64,000 nucleotides of DNA from a virus. The notes below the pieces were generated by a model. That model was not told the DNA's origin and searched no databases. It worked only from the letters and a program-made list of their open reading frames with translations. The translations under genes and the position numbers were made by a program. How positions within the stretch are numbered: position 1 is the first letter of the stretch; each line of letters opens with the position of its first letter. Positions 59,381 to 64,000 of this stretch are shown here, in pieces. Location of the stretch: positions 81,097 through 145,096 of the IMG/VR virus record IMGVR_UViG_3300021138_000002. The stretch is one strand, 5' to 3'.

Positions 59381-60837
59381 AAACAGCCACAATCGTAATA
59401 CGCGATGAAGTAAACATCAAGATAGAAGGACTTGAACTAGACGCTCGGCGTGCCTTGGTCAAAGCCTTTGAATATGATGTACCTGGAGCCAGATACTTGC
59501 CAGCTGTGAGACTGGGCCGCTGGAACGGCAAGGTCAGTTACTTCCAGCTGGGTGGTAGCAGTTATACCAATCTGTTGCCCGAAATCATTCCCATACTAGA
59601 ACGATTCAATTACGACATTGAACTGGATGATCAACGCGACTACTCAACCACGTTTGAGTTTGAACAAGTGTCCGAAGATTCGTTTGGTCATATAGACTGG
59701 CCAACTGGTCACCCCATGGCAGGTGAACCCATGGCGTTACGCGATTATCAAGTGGACGTGATCAATCGTTTCCTGGCCAATCCACAATGCATACAAGAAA
59801 TAGCCACCGGTGCCGGTAAAACTGTGATAACTGCGGCACTAAGCAATGCAGTGGCACCGCATGGAAGATCAATCGTTATCGTGCCCAACAAGAGCTTGGT
59901 CACACAGACCGAACGGGACTACATCAACATGCAACAGGATGTGGGTGTGTTCTTTGGAGATAGAAAAGAGTGGGGTCGTCAGCATACTATCTGCACCTGG
60001 CAAAGTCTCAATGTGTTGCTCAAGAATACCAAGAGCGGAGTAGGCGAAGTTACCATACAGGAATTTTTAGAGGATGTGGTATGTGTGATTGTTGACGAAG
60101 TGCATATGGCCAAGGCCGATGCACTCAAGTCCTTGTTGACCGGTGTCATGAGTCGTGTGCCGTTGCGTTGGGGACTCACAGGCACAGTGCCCAAAGAACC
60201 GTACGAATTCCAGGCCTTGAGATGCAGTCTGGGTCCAGTGATCAATCAGCTCAGTGCCAGCGAACTGCAAGAGCGTGGAGTGTTGGCACAATGTCATGTG
60301 AACGTGGTACAATTAGTAGACCATGCCGAGTTCAGCAACTATCAAAGTGAACTCAAGTTCTTGCTAGAGGAACCTGATAGATTAAGTACAATAGCACGCC
60401 TGATAGCACAGGTCAATGCCACCGGTAATACACTAGTGTTGGTAGATCGAGTGGCCGCCGGACATGCCTTAGCCGAACGGCTAGGCGAATCGGCTGTGTT
60501 TGTGTCAGGCGCAACCAAAGCAAAGGATCGACAGGATGAATATGATGAAATTAGCGTCAGTGATGGCAAGATTATTATTGCTACCTATGGCATTGCTGCT
60601 GTTGGTATCAATATCCCTAGGATATTTAATCTTGTGCTGGTTGAGCCGGGCAAGAGTTTTGTCAGGGTCATCCAGAGTATCGGGCGTGGCATTCGCAAAG
60701 CGGAGGACAAGGACCACGTGGAAATCTGGGACGTGACCAGCACCTGCAAGTTTGCCAAACGACACTTGACCAAACGCAAAGCATTTTATCGCGAAGCCAA
60801 CTATCCATTCACGCAAGAGAAACTGGAATGGAAATAA
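59377..60837 (+). CDS. uvsW: SF2 DNA helicase UvsW-like
   Basis: LRDYQ, ATGAGKT, DEVH, GLTGT, QSIGRGIR. Confidence 0.92.
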   Translation: MKTATIVIRDEVNIKIEGLELDARRALVKAFEYDVPGARYLPAVRLGRWNGKVSYFQLGGSSYTNLLPEIIPILERFNYDIELDDQRDYSTTFEFEQVSEDSFGHIDWPTGHPMAGEPMALRDYQVDVINRFLANPQCIQEIATGAGKTVITAALSNAVAPHGRSIVIVPNKSLVTQTERDYINMQQDVGVFFGDRKEWGRQHTICTWQSLNVLLKNTKSGVGEVTIQEFLEDVVCVIVDEVHMAKADALKSLLTGVMSRVPLRWGLTGTVPKEPYEFQALRCSLGPVINQLSASELQERGVLAQCHVNVVQLVDHAEFSNYQSELKFLLEEPDRLSTIARLIAQVNATGNTLVLVDRVAAGHALAERLGESAVFVSGATKAKDRQDEYDEISVSDGKIIIATYGIAAVGINIPRIFNLVLVEPGKSFVRVIQSIGRGIRKAEDKDHVEIWDVTSTCKFAKRHLTKRKAFYREANYPFTQEKLEWK

Positions 60838-60876
60838 AAGGTCGCATTTGCGTTTTATAACAGTTATACTAAACAC

Positions 60877-61377
60877 ATGAGAATACTAACACTAGACAAC
60901 CAACCATTTGATCTTGATCATCTTCCTGAAGAAGTGGATGACATGAGATTTGCCATTCTGGACAACTCAAACACACAAGAGCCCGACTATCACTACATAC
61001 CCTTGATCTTTTTGGAAAGTTTCAACAGTCCGGCTCTGGTATTAAAGATCGGCAACAACAGAATACGTATGCCGGTGGATTGGCAGATCTTGATTGGTGA
61101 ACCTGACCTGGGCGACCTGGAAGTGTTACCACTTACGGCCATAAACGATCGAGGATTCAAAGCATTCCAATTCAATCCACTCAGCAGTTTTAGGCCAAGT
61201 TTTTTAGATATTGAAATCGTGGATGTGTATCAGGAAGTGTCCTGGTATGCACCCAAACTCAAAAATGGACAGTTACTGTGTGTGCCAGTGACCGAAGGCG
61301 ACCAGCCTGACTGTGTGTACTTTGTCAAAGACATCAGTCGTAATTGCGAAATCGTGGACTACAATAGGGCTTGGTAA
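60877..61377 (+). CDS. Conserved hypothetical protein
   Basis: Intact 166-aa ORF; TATACT 6 nt upstream. Confidence 0.65.
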   Translation: MRILTLDNQPFDLDHLPEEVDDMRFAILDNSNTQEPDYHYIPLIFLESFNSPALVLKIGNNRIRMPVDWQILIGEPDLGDLEVLPLTAINDRGFKAFQFNPLSSFRPSFLDIEIVDVYQEVSWYAPKLKNGQLLCVPVTEGDQPDCVYFVKDISRNCEIVDYNRAW

Positions 61378-61378
61378 C

Positions 61379-61672
61379 ATGGGCACACTCAAACCTGGAG
61401 CAACTTACATACACGAACGAGTAGGCAACGTGGTCTACGCCAGAGAATTTGGCGCCGATCCTGAGACTAGACAGGTAGTAGGATGGGACTATGATGCCGA
61501 CAATCCCAATTGGGATCCAAGAACCACTTTCAACATACCCATAATTGATCAATTGAAAGAAGACCAACTGTGGGCTGATCTTAGACGTGCCTCAAAAACC
61601 AATGCGGCCGTACAGGATGCAATAAATCAGGCCATAGAAATATATCATTTGAGCAAACGCAATGACCGATAA
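61379..61672 (+). CDS. Hypothetical protein (start probably 61379)
   Basis: ATG directly after the upstream stop codon. Confidence 0.6.
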   Translation: MGTLKPGATYIHERVGNVVYAREFGADPETRQVVGWDYDADNPNWDPRTTFNIPIIDQLKEDQLWADLRRASKTNAAVQDAINQAIEIYHLSKRNDR

Positions 61673-62117
61673 ACTATCAATCGCCAACGAAATGGCACAG
61701 TTTGACAGCAAGAACAGGCAGTTCTTTGACGAGCTCTCCGAGGAAGAACGCAAGAAGTTTAGTCCGTTTCTCATGATCAGATATGGCAGTTCAGTATCGG
61801 GCAGTCGAGACTTGCAGGAGTTTTACTTGATTGCCACCAACGAGCGACTGAACAAAAGATTTTTTGCTGTAAATACCACACAGCACAAAAAGCTACAGTG
61901 GTTGATGGCCACCACAGTGAGTCCGGGACTGGGTAACTTCAGACACAACTGGATCTCGCCCAAAAAGAAAGAACCCGGGTCGGGCACGATTCGCAAACAG
62001 TTGGCTGAACTATTTCCGGACTACCGAGACGATGAACTGGATTTATTGGCGCAGATAACCAGCAAGCGAGAATTGGATACATACTTGCAAGAACTAGGAC
62101 AGGAGAAATCAAAATGA
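61662..62117 (+). CDS. Clamp-loader small subunit-like protein (T4 gp62-like)
   Basis: KKFSPFLMIRY..N...H.KLQW...WI resembles the gp62 core. Confidence 0.6.
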   Translation: MTDKLSIANEMAQFDSKNRQFFDELSEEERKKFSPFLMIRYGSSVSGSRDLQEFYLIATNERLNKRFFAVNTTQHKKLQWLMATTVSPGLGNFRHNWISPKKKEPGSGTIRKQLAELFPDYRDDELDLLAQITSKRELDTYLQELGQEKSK

Positions 62118-62329
62118 TGGGATTTTTTAAAAAGAAACAGGAAGCACGGTTTCCGGAACACAAGGTAATTTCGTTCGGTGGGTGGCGTTATGCTCCGCAA
62201 CCGGATATCACAGCCTACGAATTGGCTCTACTGGCACCGGTGTTTGGATCGGTCATGCACAGACAAGATATCAAACCGTACATAGAACAAAACAACCTAA
62301 TCAGACACTTCCAACCGCAGGGCGAATGA
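62114..62329 (+). CDS. Small hypothetical protein
   Basis: SD AGGAG; ATGA overlaps on both sides. Confidence 0.55.
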   Translation: MMGFFKKKQEARFPEHKVISFGGWRYAPQPDITAYELALLAPVFGSVMHRQDIKPYIEQNNLIRHFQPQGE

Positions 62330-62997
62330 ATACTTGTCAGTACTGTAAGAAACAATTTGCAAAAGAATCAAGCCTGGCTGTACATTCGTGTGAGCCACGT
62401 CGTCGCAGACAAGAACAGAACGAACCCGGAGTCAGATTGGGCTTCCAGGCCTATCTCAAATTCTACGAACTCACACAAGGATCAGCACGTTTAAAAACAT
62501 TTGACGATTTTGCCGACAGCCCTTACTACAAGGCCTTTGTGCGTTTTGGTCGATACTGTGTAGATATCCGTGCTATCAATCCGGCTAGATTCGTTGAATG
62601 GGTGCTCAAACAAAACCGAAAGATTGATCACTGGTGCCGAGATACGGTGTATACCGAATATCTAATTGGCTATCTACAGGTAGAAAATGTCAATGATGCC
62701 TTGGCCAGAGCCATGGAATTCAGTCTAGACTGGAACGAAAGGACCGGTAATCCACCCGAACATTGTTTGCGGTATGGCAATGTCAACAGCATGGTGTATG
62801 CAGTCACTACTGGTCGTGTCAGTCCTTGGGTGATCTACAACAGTGATTCGGGTCAACATTTTTTAGGAGAACTGGACGCCACTCAGGTGGCCATGATATG
62901 GCCCTATATCGATGCAGACATATGGCAAAAGAAATTTCGAGACTATCCAGCCGATCAAGAATATGCTCGAGAAATGTTAAAGAAAGCAGGTTGGTAA
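62326..62997 (+). CDS. Protein with N-terminal C2HC zinc finger (start probably 62326)
   Basis: CQYCKKQF..L..HSC; ATGA overlap. Confidence 0.65.
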   Translation: MNTCQYCKKQFAKESSLAVHSCEPRRRRQEQNEPGVRLGFQAYLKFYELTQGSARLKTFDDFADSPYYKAFVRFGRYCVDIRAINPARFVEWVLKQNRKIDHWCRDTVYTEYLIGYLQVENVNDALARAMEFSLDWNERTGNPPEHCLRYGNVNSMVYAVTTGRVSPWVIYNSDSGQHFLGELDATQVAMIWPYIDADIWQKKFRDYPADQEYAREMLKKAGW

Positions 62998-63575
62998 TGA
63001 GTGCAGATATCGATATTGACTTGGCCGATAGAGAGCAGGTACTACAACTGATCCAGGCTATTCCGGCACGACAGATGCATCAAGGACAGGTGCGTAGGCA
63101 CAACAGTGGAGTATATGCTACAGACATACCTCGTGATCCGGTCAATCAGTGTGCGGCCATAGACTATGAAACGGCCGAACAGCTGGGCTATTTTAAAATT
63201 GATTTACTCAATATGTCAGTGTACCAACTAATCAAGGGTCCTGAACACTATCAGACTATGTTGGATCAAACACCCACATGGAGTCGTTTATGGACCGACC
63301 CAGCTTGGGCACAACAGTTGGTGCACGTGGGCAACTATACAGAATTATTGAAGTCAATGCGTCCAGATAGTATTCCCAGGATGGCTGCATTTATCAGCAT
63401 CATTAGACCAGGCAAGGCACATTTACAGAATCAACCCTGGGATCGAGTGTTTGAGTCAGTTTGGGATGGTGATGATTCTCGAGGTTTTGTGTTCAAACAA
63501 AGTCACGCTATAAGCTATGCGGCCTTGGTAGCATTACATATGAATATACTCAGTCAAGACGTCGCACCAGTGTGA
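62997..63575 (+). CDS. Miniature DNA polymerase III alpha (DnaE/C-family) catalytic fragment, ~192 aa (start probably 62997)
   Basis: DIDID, HNSGV, KIDLL, IRPG and FKQSHA.SYA correspond to DnaE PDIDID, HAAG, KFDFL, RPGP and FNKSH. Confidence 0.8.
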   Translation: MSADIDIDLADREQVLQLIQAIPARQMHQGQVRRHNSGVYATDIPRDPVNQCAAIDYETAEQLGYFKIDLLNMSVYQLIKGPEHYQTMLDQTPTWSRLWTDPAWAQQLVHVGNYTELLKSMRPDSIPRMAAFISIIRPGKAHLQNQPWDRVFESVWDGDDSRGFVFKQSHAISYAALVALHMNILSQDVAPV

Positions 63576-63927
63576 TGGATTTTTTCTTGCTTTTTTTACG
63601 GGCCATTTCGCTGAGACTGCACACAGGTCCATGCAACACGGTAAGATCTTTGTTGATAAAAGTACGCAAACAAGATCTAAACTGATCCCATTCGGTTTTG
63701 AGGAATATGTTTATGGGTATGCTACGATTGCTTTCCCACCACCAAATGTTGGCCAATTCCAAGAAACGGCGTTTGTCATCCAGGTCCTGTATGCTGCCAA
63801 AATCATAGATGGTGGTTATGACGTCGTCTTGGTTCTGTATAATGCCCACGTATTCGGTACTGGCATACACACAGAGAGTTATAAAAGGGTATTTGTCGGT
63901 CAGTTTTGTAAAAATATCGTTACCCAT
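63550..63927 (-). CDS. Conserved hypothetical protein
   Basis: Intact ORF (WWWESNR.IPINIFL); minus-strand TAAATA at 63957-63962. Confidence 0.65.
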   Translation of the reverse strand: MGNDIFTKLTDKYPFITLCVYASTEYVGIIQNQDDVITTIYDFGSIQDLDDKRRFLELANIWWWESNRSIPINIFLKTEWDQFRSCLRTFINKDLTVLHGPVCSLSEMARKKSKKKSITLVRRLD

Positions 63928-64000
63928 AAATATCGTATAATAAATTGATCACGAGATATTTACCAAAAATGAATCTGGCCAAAATGAATACAGGCTTCGC

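Noticed and set aside
22908-62898. ORF-track starts at 22657, 22908, 26822, 28432, 43698, 57076, 61313, 62182 and 62898
   Set aside because: Downstream starts fit SD, promoter or stop-start overlap positions better, and the extensions run through promoters or neighbouring genes.
1-64000. Stop-codon reassignment
   Set aside because: Core genes are full length in the standard code, and TAA, TGA and TAG all end genes at sensible positions.

Overview
The window is a 64 kb segment of a large T4-related myophage genome in the standard genetic code, with no host genes, tRNAs or CRISPR arrays recognised. In order it contains: (1) 1-15.2 kb, Gly/Asn/Thr/Ser-rich fibre genes with hexad 'GN' repeats, collagen-like repeats and a C-terminal autocleaving chaperone; (2) 15.2-18.8 kb, a candidate glycan/protein tailoring cluster; (3) 18.8-36 kb, neck, tail and head-completion genes (gp15, gp14, gp13, gp18, gp19, gp4, probable small terminase), nucleotide enzymes and homing endonucleases; (4) 36-47.6 kb, proteins with T4-like capsid-targeting leaders and Glu-punctuated modules, an Ntn hydrolase, an exported nuclease and the large terminase; (5) 47.6-64 kb, replication and recombination genes (gp32, UvsX, UvsY, AAA ATPase, UvsW, gp62-like, a very small DnaE-like polymerase). 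The strongest candidate for an undescribed system is seven radical-SAM genes of two architectures, inserted between core genes and accompanied by SDR, sulfotransferase-like, methyltransferase and 2OG-oxygenase enzymes. Other notable observations are probable capsid-packaged polyproteins, a repeating adaptor-fibre gene chain, widespread near-leaderless promoters, a probable AUU start codon and a homing endonuclease splitting the gp32 leader. All product calls come from recognising motifs by eye; no database search was run.
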